A stretch of DNA of 64,000 bases, from positions 1 to 64,000 of the forward strand of contig CAWKBC010000008.1 of the NCBI GenBank assembly GCA_963847705.1. Reading direction: 5' to 3'. The stretch comes from an uncultured Pseudomonadota bacterium (lineage in GTDB: Bacteria; Myxococcota_A; Polyangia; Fen-1088). The position numbers were made by a program, and so were the translations under genes. The stretch's first letter is position 1. Every line of letters begins with the position of its first letter. Positions 46,801-55,154 of this stretch are shown piece by piece. The notes beneath the pieces are model-generated. The model saw only the letters and a program-made list of their open reading frames with translations. It was not told the origin of the DNA and made no database searches.

Positions 46801-49800
46801 ATGCCGACGCGCTCCAGGGTCTGCCACCTTCTGGTGGCGCTTTGGACGGCATCCCTGCTGTGGGCAGGCGCGGCGCGGGCCGACGCCGTCGAGGAGCCGG
46901 GCGAGCCTCTCCCCACGCCCCCCCTGCCGCAGGCGAGCTGGTTCACGCTGCAGACGCCTCACTTCAACATCCACTTCTATCGCGACGAATCCGCGTTCGC
47001 CGAGCGGGTCGCCCACTTCGCCGAGCGCGCCTGGCGGCTCAACACCCGCTATCTCAACTGGCGGCCGAGCGGCCGGGTGACCGTGGTCCTCAGCGACGTC
47101 TCCGACCAGGCCAACGGCTCGGCGAGCTCCATCCCCTACACCTTCATCAACGCCTTTGGCGTCCCGCCCGACTCGCTCGACGAGCTGAACGACTTCGACG
47201 ACTACGCCAAGCTGCTCATCACGCACGAGTTCACGCACGTCGTTCACCTCGACACCATGCTCAGCATCTGTCCGCTGGCCATCAACACGGTCCTCGGCCG
47301 AACCTACGCTCCCAACCTGGCGGAGCCGACCTGGTTCATCGAGGGGATGGCCGTCCTCATGGAGTCGCGCCAGACGACCGCCGGCCGCCTGCGCAGCAGC
47401 TTTTACGACATGCACCTGCGGGTCGCCTTCCTCGAAGACAGGATGTTTCGCTTCGATCAGATCTCCTCGATCCCCAGCGCCTATCCGCAGGGGACAGCCG
47501 CCTACCTCTACGGCTCGAGCCTGCTCCGTTACATCGAGGACCGCTACGGCCCGCACAAGATCCGCGAGATCTCCCATCGCTACGCCGACACCTGCATCCC
47601 GGGCGGTCTCAATCGAACCGCCATCAAGGCGGTGGGGACCGGCTACGCTGGGGTCTTCGGTCCCGGCCTCTACGACGACTGGAGCCGCGCGATCGCCCAC
47701 CGCTACACCTTGCAGGCCGAGGACGCCAGGCTGCGGCCGCTCACCGTCGCCACGCGCCTCACCTGGGAGGCGCCCTCGCCGCGCAGCGAGGGTCCGGGGG
47801 CGCGGTTCCTGCCCGACGGCACGCTGGTCTATCACCGCAGCAACAACGATCAGTCACCGGCCTACGTCCGCCTCGATCCCACCACCGGCGCGCAGCACCT
47901 GGTCGCCGACATGCAGGGGGGCGGACCGGCAGCGCCCACGCCCGACGGGCAGGCGCTGATCTTCCAGCGCCTGAACTTCATCTCGCTGCCGCTGCGGCTG
48001 GTCACCAACTCCGATCTCTCCTGGAACGACCTCTATCGCCTCGACCTGGGGGGCGGAACGATTCGGCAGCTCACCAACGGGCTCCGGGCGCACGAGCCGG
48101 ACGTGTCGCCCGACGGAAAACAGATCGCCTGCGTGCTGGTGGGGACCGGCACCCGGCAGCTGGCGCTGGTGCCCATCGAAGGGGGCGCGGCGCGCCGCCT
48201 CATGCCCGGCGCGCCGGGTCTGGCCTTCACACCTGCCTTCTCACCCGACGGCCGCCTCATCGCCTACTCGCGCTGGAAGCCGGGCGGCTATCGCGACATT
48301 CACATCTACGATCTCGCCGCCGCCACCGATCGGGCCATCTCCGTCGACCGGGCGATGGACATCGACCCACGCTTCTCGCCCGACGGGCGCTACGTCCTGT
48401 TCTCCTCCGATCGCAGCGGCATCAACGACATCTACGCCTACGAGCTCTCCACCAGGCGGCTCTGGCAGGTCACCAACGTGCTGTCGGGCGCGTTCCAGCC
48501 GGTGGTCTCCCCCGACGGCCGCCGGCTGGTGTTCACCGGGTTCACCACCGACGGGTTCGACCTCTGGACGATGCCCTACGATCCGACGACGTTCGTCCCT
48601 GCCAAGCCGTACGCCAACTCCCGCCTCGACAGCCCCGTCGACCCGGACGCCGTGACCGACTCGCCCGACGCGGTCCCCGGGGACGCCGACCCGCCGCCGT
48701 TCCCCCAGCGGGTCACCCCCTACGTCCCCTGGAAGTACATGTACCCGCACCAGTGGACGCTCGGCAGTCTCGGCGACGTGTTCGGTCTGGGGCAGACGTT
48801 CCAGGTGTTGACCAGCGTCGGCGATCCGGCCGGCATCCATTCCTTCTCGTTCAATTTCCTCTTTCCGACCACCGGCACCCCTTCGGGACAGATCAGCTAC
48901 ACCTATCTGCGCCTCTGGCCCGCCTTCAGCCTCTCGCTGGCGAAGACCGATCTCATCACCAACGGGCTCATCGTCGACAACCACAACCTCAATTATCTGC
49001 AGCGCACCCTCTCCTTCTCCGCCTCCATGGGTCTGCCGGTGCTCCGGACCCCGGACGCCTCGAGCGACCTCACCTTCGCCTACGATTACTCGGCCTACGG
49101 ACCGATCAGCCCGACGCCGGTCGGCGAACCGACCGGCGCCATCACCATCAAACCGGAGGTCGGCCCGTTCGCCGACGTGCGCCTGTCCTGGTCGTTCTCC
49201 GATGCCCACCGCTGGCAGTACTCGATCAGCAACCAGGAGGGGCGCGGCATCTCGCTCAACCTCCGCCTCTCCGATCCGACCCTGGGCGGCCACTTTCGCA
49301 CGACCGAGGTCTCTTGGTCCTGGACCGAGTACTTCACCCCGCCCTGGGCACGCCTGCACGCGCTGGCGCTCATCACCCAGGGTGGGTTCGGCATCGGCGA
49401 CAAGCGCCAGTTCTTCGGGCTGGGCGGCTACGCGGCGCAGGACGTCCTGCGCGGCGTGCTGCTCAATCAGCAGCAGTTCGCCTTCCTGCGCGGCTATCCG
49501 GTCAACGTCGTCTCGGGGGACAGCTATCTGGTCGCCTCCGGCGAGTACCGGGCGCCGCTGCTCTGGATCGAGCGCGGCTACCAAACGTTCCCGCTCTACC
49601 TGCGCCGGATCTGGGGGACGGGGTTCGTCGACGCCGGCGACGCGTTTCAAGGCCCATTTTCCGCGCACGACCTGAAGGTCGACGCGGGGGTCGAGGCGCA
49701 CCTCGAGTTCACGCTCTTCTATTACCTCGACACGCAGATCCAGCTCGGCTACGCCCGCGGTTTCCAGTCGGGCGGCGGGAATCAGCTCTACTTCGTCACC

Positions 49801-49815
49801 GCGGCCAGCTTTTGA
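46801..49815 (+). CDS. Outer-membrane Omp85-family protein with N-terminal zinc-peptidase-like domain and PD40 beta-propeller
   Basis: Signal ARA; HEFTH plus WFIEGMA; SPDG repeats; LRGYP...GEYRAPL...FVDAG barrel motifs; terminal Phe. Confidence 0.82.
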   Translation: MPTRSRVCHLLVALWTASLLWAGAARADAVEEPGEPLPTPPLPQASWFTLQTPHFNIHFYRDESAFAERVAHFAERAWRLNTRYLNWRPSGRVTVVLSDVSDQANGSASSIPYTFINAFGVPPDSLDELNDFDDYAKLLITHEFTHVVHLDTMLSICPLAINTVLGRTYAPNLAEPTWFIEGMAVLMESRQTTAGRLRSSFYDMHLRVAFLEDRMFRFDQISSIPSAYPQGTAAYLYGSSLLRYIEDRYGPHKIREISHRYADTCIPGGLNRTAIKAVGTGYAGVFGPGLYDDWSRAIAHRYTLQAEDARLRPLTVATRLTWEAPSPRSEGPGARFLPDGTLVYHRSNNDQSPAYVRLDPTTGAQHLVADMQGGGPAAPTPDGQALIFQRLNFISLPLRLVTNSDLSWNDLYRLDLGGGTIRQLTNGLRAHEPDVSPDGKQIACVLVGTGTRQLALVPIEGGAARRLMPGAPGLAFTPAFSPDGRLIAYSRWKPGGYRDIHIYDLAAATDRAISVDRAMDIDPRFSPDGRYVLFSSDRSGINDIYAYELSTRRLWQVTNVLSGAFQPVVSPDGRRLVFTGFTTDGFDLWTMPYDPTTFVPAKPYANSRLDSPVDPDAVTDSPDAVPGDADPPPFPQRVTPYVPWKYMYPHQWTLGSLGDVFGLGQTFQVLTSVGDPAGIHSFSFNFLFPTTGTPSGQISYTYLRLWPAFSLSLAKTDLITNGLIVDNHNLNYLQRTLSFSASMGLPVLRTPDASSDLTFAYDYSAYGPISPTPVGEPTGAITIKPEVGPFADVRLSWSFSDAHRWQYSISNQEGRGISLNLRLSDPTLGGHFRTTEVSWSWTEYFTPPWARLHALALITQGGFGIGDKRQFFGLGGYAAQDVLRGVLLNQQQFAFLRGYPVNVVSGDSYLVASGEYRAPLLWIERGYQTFPLYLRRIWGTGFVDAGDAFQGPFSAHDLKVDAGVEAHLEFTLFYYLDTQIQLGYARGFQSGGGNQLYFVTAASF

Positions 49816-49887
49816 CGCCCAGGGACGGCAGTGCCGTCTCGCACAGACGGGCGGGCGCCTGGCGTGAGACATTTTCGTTGGTTCGCG

Positions 49888-50121
49888 ATGTCCCGATCTC
49901 GATGGTGCGCCTTGTTGCTCTTGGTCTTGACCAGCGGTTGCAGTCAAGGCGCCGAGGGCACCCCCTGCACGCCGTCGACGGATGGCGGCGGCCAAGGTGA
50001 ATGCCTCAACGGGCTGACCTGCCAGCGTCCCGCCAAATGCACGAACTACTACTGCTGCCCCACCCCCGCTTCGATGAGCTCGAACGCCTCCTGCAACAGC
50101 TCGGCGTGCACCGCCTCCTAG
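49888..50121 (+). CDS. Small Cys-rich lipoprotein
   Basis: LLLVLTSGC lipobox; eight further Cys after the lipidated Cys. Confidence 0.7.
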   Translation: MSRSRWCALLLLVLTSGCSQGAEGTPCTPSTDGGGQGECLNGLTCQRPAKCTNYYCCPTPASMSSNASCNSSACTAS

Positions 50122-50194
50122 AGATCACACCGGGGCTTGCCGCCGGAGGCCAGGCGAGCGACGATGTCCCGACCAGGGGCGCCCCCCTCCTGCC

Positions 50195-51259
50195 ATGAAG
50201 CACTCCCCGTTCCTGCTCGTCCTCTCGTTTGGTGTTGGACTCGTTGCCCTCGGCTGCAAGAGCGACGGGCCAGGCGGCTCGACCGGAACCGGCGGCAACG
50301 CGACCGGCGGTGTGACCGGGACCGGCGGCGGCGCCACCGGCGGCTCGCTCGGTACGGGCGGCGACGCGACCGGCGGCTCGCTCGGTACGGGCGGCAACGC
50401 GACCGGCGGCTCGCTCGGTACGGGCGGCAACGCGACCGGCGGTGTGACCGGGACCGGCGGCAACCCGACGGGAGGGACCGCCGGCCTCACCGGATCCGGC
50501 GGCACCGGTGGTGCGTCAACGGGTGGACCTGGAGGCGGTGCAGGCAGTGGAACCACGACCGGCACCGGAGGCGCAGCCGGGGGAACGACGTCGGGCTGTG
50601 CCTACAAGCTCTGCGAGGGCTTCGAGAGCGGCTCTGTCGGGGCGCTCCCCACCGGCTGGACCGCCTACGACGGCTACGGCAACGATGCCATGAAGGGGGT
50701 GGCGCTGGCCAGCGACCAGGCCCATTCGGGGACGATGTCGCTCAAGAGCAGCTCGATGACCCCCGGCGAGGAGCGGATTCAAAAGAGCCTCGCGGCGCTG
50801 GGCGCCACGGCGAACAAGCACTGGGGACGCATCTTCTACAAGGTGCAGACGCCGGTGCCGAGGACCTCCGCCGGCGTCTACTTTCACACCACGATGGTCG
50901 CGCTCGAGGGGACGACGGAGAACCGGGTGGTCGACTCCGTCCAGAGCCCCGACGGCACCCACCAGTGGATCTACAACGTGCCGGACGACTCCTGCTGCAC
51001 CGGCTCGGCTTACGACTGGACCTTCGACGCCAACTGGCACTGCGCCGAGTGGTACGTCGACACCACGATGAAGAGCTACCGCTTCTTCACCGACTCGACC
51101 GAGGTGACCTCGCTGGCGTTCACCAACAACGCCAACGCCAAGATGTCGAGCTACACGGCGCTCGTGATCGGATCGATCTTTTACCAGACGCCTCCGTCTC
51201 CGTTCGTCCTGTGGCTCGACGATCTCGTGATCGACGACACGCAGATCGGCTGCCAATAG
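50195..51259 (+). CDS. Cip1-like lipoprotein with Gly/Thr repeat linker
   Basis: LVALGC lipobox; (TGGxATGGxx) repeats; CEGFES...AHSG..SLK...WGRIFY...WHCAEW...WLDDLVI...IGC core. Confidence 0.72.
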   Translation: MKHSPFLLVLSFGVGLVALGCKSDGPGGSTGTGGNATGGVTGTGGGATGGSLGTGGDATGGSLGTGGNATGGSLGTGGNATGGVTGTGGNPTGGTAGLTGSGGTGGASTGGPGGGAGSGTTTGTGGAAGGTTSGCAYKLCEGFESGSVGALPTGWTAYDGYGNDAMKGVALASDQAHSGTMSLKSSSMTPGEERIQKSLAALGATANKHWGRIFYKVQTPVPRTSAGVYFHTTMVALEGTTENRVVDSVQSPDGTHQWIYNVPDDSCCTGSAYDWTFDANWHCAEWYVDTTMKSYRFFTDSTEVTSLAFTNNANAKMSSYTALVIGSIFYQTPPSPFVLWLDDLVIDDTQIGCQ

Positions 51260-51441
51260 CAGCGATTTGCGCGCCCAGAACTGCAGAACGACATTTCGGC
51301 TGCAGCGGGCCCCTTCGTCCGTGCTAGTGGGTTTGTGAGAAGCGAACTGCGCTGAGGCGATGATCGGGTTCGATCGCCCGAACGGGCGCGCGGAGGGAAC
51401 AGCACCGGCGGGCGTTCCAGGGCGAAGGGGGGAGATGATCC

Positions 51442-53622
51442 ATGAGGTTCAGGCTTTTCATGGTCGCCGTGGCCAGTCTTCTGGTCGTCGGCTGCAAGGT
51501 GGGCGGAGGCGGTGCGGTCGGCGTGACCATCGCGGGCGGCGCGGTGTCGGCGACGGGTGTGTCCTGGACCGCCAGCGAAATCCTCGGCCGCCCGACCGAT
51601 AGCTCGGTCACCCTCAAGGCGGTGGCCGCCGGCGGGGTCGAGGCTTACGTCGAATACGGCACCAGCTCAGGGAGCTATCCGGCCGCCACCACCTCGGCCA
51701 CCTTCTCCGACGGGTTCGTGGAAATTCTGGTTGGCTCGCTGTCGCCCGACACCCAGTACGTCTATCGCCTTCGCTCCCGCACCGCCGGCTCGACCGATGA
51801 CTTTGCCGCCAGCACGGAGCACAGCTTTCACACCCAGCGCCCGCGCGGGGAGACGTTCTCGTTCGCCGTCCAGGCGGACTCGCACCAGGGGTTCCCCGGG
51901 TTCTACGACGACGCGCTTTACCGGACGACCCTGCAGAACATCCTCGCCGAAGAGGACGACTTCATGCTCGACCTCGGGGACACCTTCAGCCTCGACGACG
52001 CCACGGAGACCGCCGCGACAGTCGCACAGAAATACGTCAACCAGCTGGCGGTCTTTGGCCTGGCCGCCCACTCGACGCCGGTGTTCTTGGTGCTCGGCAA
52101 CCACGAGAGAGAAGAAGGATGGAACCTGGCCGAGCTCGGCTCTGACGTGGCCGACACCTTGCCGGTGCTGAACGCCAACGCTCGCAAGCAGTACTTCGTG
52201 AACCCGGTTCCGGACAGCTTCTACTCCGGCGACACCGACATCTCCGGCGGATCCGGGTACGTCAGCGGCGACCACCTGCGTGGCGACTACTACGCGTTCG
52301 AGTGGGGCGACGCCCTGTTCGTGGCGATCGAGCCCTACTGGTACAGCATGAAGAAGCCGTACGCGGGGGAGATTGGAGGTGACCTGAGCACCGCTCCGGT
52401 CGGCACGCGCTGGGACTGGACGCTCGGGCAGCAGCAGTACCAATGGCTTGAGCAGACGCTCGCCAGCAGCACGGCCACCTACAAGTTCGTGTTCGCCCAC
52501 CACGTGGCGGGCGGCATCGACGATTACGGTCGAGGCGGCGTGCTCGCCGCCAGGTACTGCGAGTGGGGCGGCTACGACACCGACGGGACGACCTACACCT
52601 TCGACACCAACCGGCCGGGCTGGGCGATGCCGGTGCATCAGCTCCTGGCCCAGAACCACGTCAGCGTTTTCTTTCACGCCCACGATCACGTCTACGCCAA
52701 GGAGACCCTGGATGGCGTCGTCTATCAGGAGACGCCGATGGCGGCGAACGCCAACTACGACACCGGCTTCGATACCAACCCGACGGACTACGCCGGGACG
52801 ACGCTGATCCCGAACTCGGGGCACCTGAAAGTGACGGTCTCTCCGACGGCCGTGACCGTGGCCTACGTGAGATCGTTCAAGCCGGGCGACGGCAGCAACG
52901 GGTCGATCGCGGCGAGCTACACCCTGCCCGGCAGGTGTGGCACCCAGGACTCCGACGGCGACGGCACCGCCGACTGCATCGACGCCGGCCTGTCGCCAAC
53001 GGTCACGGAAGCTGGCACCGGCAGCTTGGGCGGGAGCGGCGGCGCTGTGGCCGCAAGGGGCGACGCGGAGACGCCCGGCATCGACGCGGCCGCGAGCGTC
53101 GGGGGTGCCGGCGGCACGAGCGGCGCCGGTGGCATCGCGGGCGCCAGCGCGAGCTCGGGCGTCGCTGGAATGGCGGGTGGGACCGGCGCGCCCGGAGGGG
53201 GCGGCGTCATCGGAGCCGGCGGGAGGGTGGGAGCTGCCGGCACAGCTGGAGGCGGCGGCGCACTCGGAGGCGGCGGCGCACTCGGAGCTGGCGGCGCACT
53301 CGGAGGCGGCGGCGCACTCGGAGCTGGCGGCGCACTCGGAGCTGGCGGCGCACTCGGAGGCGGCGGCGCACTCGGAGGCGGCGGCGCGACCGCGAACGGA
53401 CCCGCGGCCGGCGGTCGGACCGGGAACCATCCTGACGCGGGAGGCGCTGGTCCAACCTCGCAAGCGCCGACCGGCTGCAGCTGCTCCCTCGGCAACCAAG
53501 CCCCGGGCCCGGGCGCGCTCCTCCTCAGCCTGCTCGCGGGCGGTCTGGCGACTGGACGACGGCGTCGAGGCTCTCGCCCAGGATCGCCGCCATCTGGTCG
53601 ATCTCGTCGGGCGTCACGGTGA
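51442..53622 (+). CDS. Purple-acid-phosphatase-like metallophosphoesterase with FN3-like domain and MYXO-CTERM tail
   Basis: ADSH, LGD, GNHE, AHH, AHDH; DSDGDGTADC Ca-binding loop; GCSCSL..TM..RRRR tail. Confidence 0.85.
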   Translation: MRFRLFMVAVASLLVVGCKVGGGGAVGVTIAGGAVSATGVSWTASEILGRPTDSSVTLKAVAAGGVEAYVEYGTSSGSYPAATTSATFSDGFVEILVGSLSPDTQYVYRLRSRTAGSTDDFAASTEHSFHTQRPRGETFSFAVQADSHQGFPGFYDDALYRTTLQNILAEEDDFMLDLGDTFSLDDATETAATVAQKYVNQLAVFGLAAHSTPVFLVLGNHEREEGWNLAELGSDVADTLPVLNANARKQYFVNPVPDSFYSGDTDISGGSGYVSGDHLRGDYYAFEWGDALFVAIEPYWYSMKKPYAGEIGGDLSTAPVGTRWDWTLGQQQYQWLEQTLASSTATYKFVFAHHVAGGIDDYGRGGVLAARYCEWGGYDTDGTTYTFDTNRPGWAMPVHQLLAQNHVSVFFHAHDHVYAKETLDGVVYQETPMAANANYDTGFDTNPTDYAGTTLIPNSGHLKVTVSPTAVTVAYVRSFKPGDGSNGSIAASYTLPGRCGTQDSDGDGTADCIDAGLSPTVTEAGTGSLGGSGGAVAARGDAETPGIDAAASVGGAGGTSGAGGIAGASASSGVAGMAGGTGAPGGGGVIGAGGRVGAAGTAGGGGALGGGGALGAGGALGGGGALGAGGALGAGGALGGGGALGGGGATANGPAAGGRTGNHPDAGGAGPTSQAPTGCSCSLGNQAPGPGALLLSLLAGGLATGRRRRGSRPGSPPSGRSRRASR
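53248..53388 (+). repeat. In-frame 18-bp VNTR (7 full copies plus a partial copy) encoding G[GA]GGAL
   Basis: GGAGGCGGCGGCGCACTC and GGAGCTGGCGGCGCACTC units in tandem. Confidence 0.92.
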
Positions 53623-54979
53623 GCGGCGGGAAGAGGTACATGGTGTCGCCGATCGGGCGCAGCAGCGCGCCGCGCCGGACCGCCTCGCGGTAGATCGCGT
53701 AGCCGGTGCGACGGGCGGGATCGCGCGCGCTGCCGTCCGCGTCCCGGACGTCGACGGCGGCCACCATCCCGCAGGCGCGCAGGTTGCGGAGATAGGGGCG
53801 CGACGCCGCGACCGACTCCAGCGCCCCGCGCAGCCGGGGCCCGAACGCCGCCACACGTCCCAGCAGATCGTCGGCGGCGAAGACGTCGAGCACGGCGTTG
53901 GCCACCGCCACCCCGAGCGCGTTGCCGGTGTAGGTGTTCGAATGGAGAAAGGCGCGCCCCTCCGAATAGTCTGCGTCGAAGAGCGCGTAGACCGCGTCGG
54001 TGGTCAGCACGGCCGACAGCGGCAGCACGCCCCCGGTCAGCCCCTTGGAGAGCGCCGCGAAATCGGGGAGCGCGGCGGTCGAGACGCGTCCCTCCCCCTC
54101 GGCGAGGTGACTCGCCAGAACCGCCCCGAGGCGCCCCATTCCCGAGGCGATCTCGTCGGCGATCAGGTAAACGCCGTGCGCGTCGGCCCAGCGGCGCAGC
54201 CGGCGCAACAGATCGGGACTGAAGAGCAGCATGCCGCCGGCCGCCTGCAGAACCGGCTCGTAGATGATCGCCGCCAGGCAATCGGCCTCGGCGGTGAGAG
54301 CCCGCTCGATCGCCGGCCAGGCCTCACTTGCGTCGAGCCAGAGGGGATCGTGGGGGCCGCTTCGATAAGGGAGCGCGCGCAGCCGCTGCACCGGAAAGCA
54401 GAGCGAGCGGTAGGGCGCCGCGTAGAGCTCCAGATCGCCGACGGAGAGCGCACCGACGGTCTCGCCGTGGTAGCCGTTCTCCAGCGCCACGAACCGCGTT
54501 CGCCCCGGCATCCCCCGCTGCGCCTGCGCCTGGAGCGCCATCTTCAGCGCGATCTCGACCGCGGTCGAGCCGTTGTCGGCCAGGAACACCTTGCCGAAGT
54601 GGCCGGGCCGCCGACCTGGCGGCGCCGCCGCTCCCCAGGCCTCGGGCGGGTGGCCGTTGGCGGCGGCCAGCAGCCGCTCGCAGAGCCGCACCAGGGGCGC
54701 GCTGGTGGTGTTGGCGGTGATGACGTGCTCGAACATCTCTTGCTGGTCGCGCAGCGCCGCCGACAGCCGCGGATGACCGTGACCGAGCGCCTTGCACCAC
54801 CAGCTGGAGATGGCGTCGAGGATCTCACGCCCGTCGGCCAGGCGCAGCCGCGCCCCCTGCGCGCCGACCACCTCGAGGGGCGGGAAGTCCAGGTAGTCGC
54901 GCATCTGGCCGCAGGGGTGCCAGAACGAGGCCAGGTCTCGGGCCGCCAGATCATCTGGCGGCCCGCCGAGGATCGTCAT
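53525..54979 (-). CDS. bioA: Adenosylmethionine--8-amino-7-oxononanoate aminotransferase
   Basis: WHPCGQM, DAISSWW, NGSTAVEIALKMA, YHGET, IADEIASG, SKGLTGG, FLHSNTYTGN, LRPIG, YLFPP. Confidence 0.92.
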   Translation of the reverse strand: MTILGGPPDDLAARDLASFWHPCGQMRDYLDFPPLEVVGAQGARLRLADGREILDAISSWWCKALGHGHPRLSAALRDQQEMFEHVITANTTSAPLVRLCERLLAAANGHPPEAWGAAAPPGRRPGHFGKVFLADNGSTAVEIALKMALQAQAQRGMPGRTRFVALENGYHGETVGALSVGDLELYAAPYRSLCFPVQRLRALPYRSGPHDPLWLDASEAWPAIERALTAEADCLAAIIYEPVLQAAGGMLLFSPDLLRRLRRWADAHGVYLIADEIASGMGRLGAVLASHLAEGEGRVSTAALPDFAALSKGLTGGVLPLSAVLTTDAVYALFDADYSEGRAFLHSNTYTGNALGVAVANAVLDVFAADDLLGRVAAFGPRLRGALESVAASRPYLRNLRACGMVAAVDVRDADGSARDPARRTGYAIYREAVRRGALLRPIGDTMYLFPPLTVTPDEIDQMAAILGESLDAVVQSPDRPRAG

Positions 54980-55154
54980 GCCTCTTTGACTAGCACGACC
55001 GGGGCGCTCGGGTGGATGCCCCCTCTTCGCCCGCGGCGCGGACGGATGGCCCACCCACCGCCGAGGAGGCTGAACAATGCATGCCGCCCGTCGCGACACC
55101 ACCGCCCGCACCCGTCACTGATACCCTCGAGCTCTTCGAGGCTGTCGGTCGGTG

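Noticed and set aside
53525-54979. Orphan bioA as part of a novel biosynthetic cluster
   Set aside because: The sequence has ordinary BioA motifs, neighbours are unrelated surface proteins, and dispersed bio genes are common.
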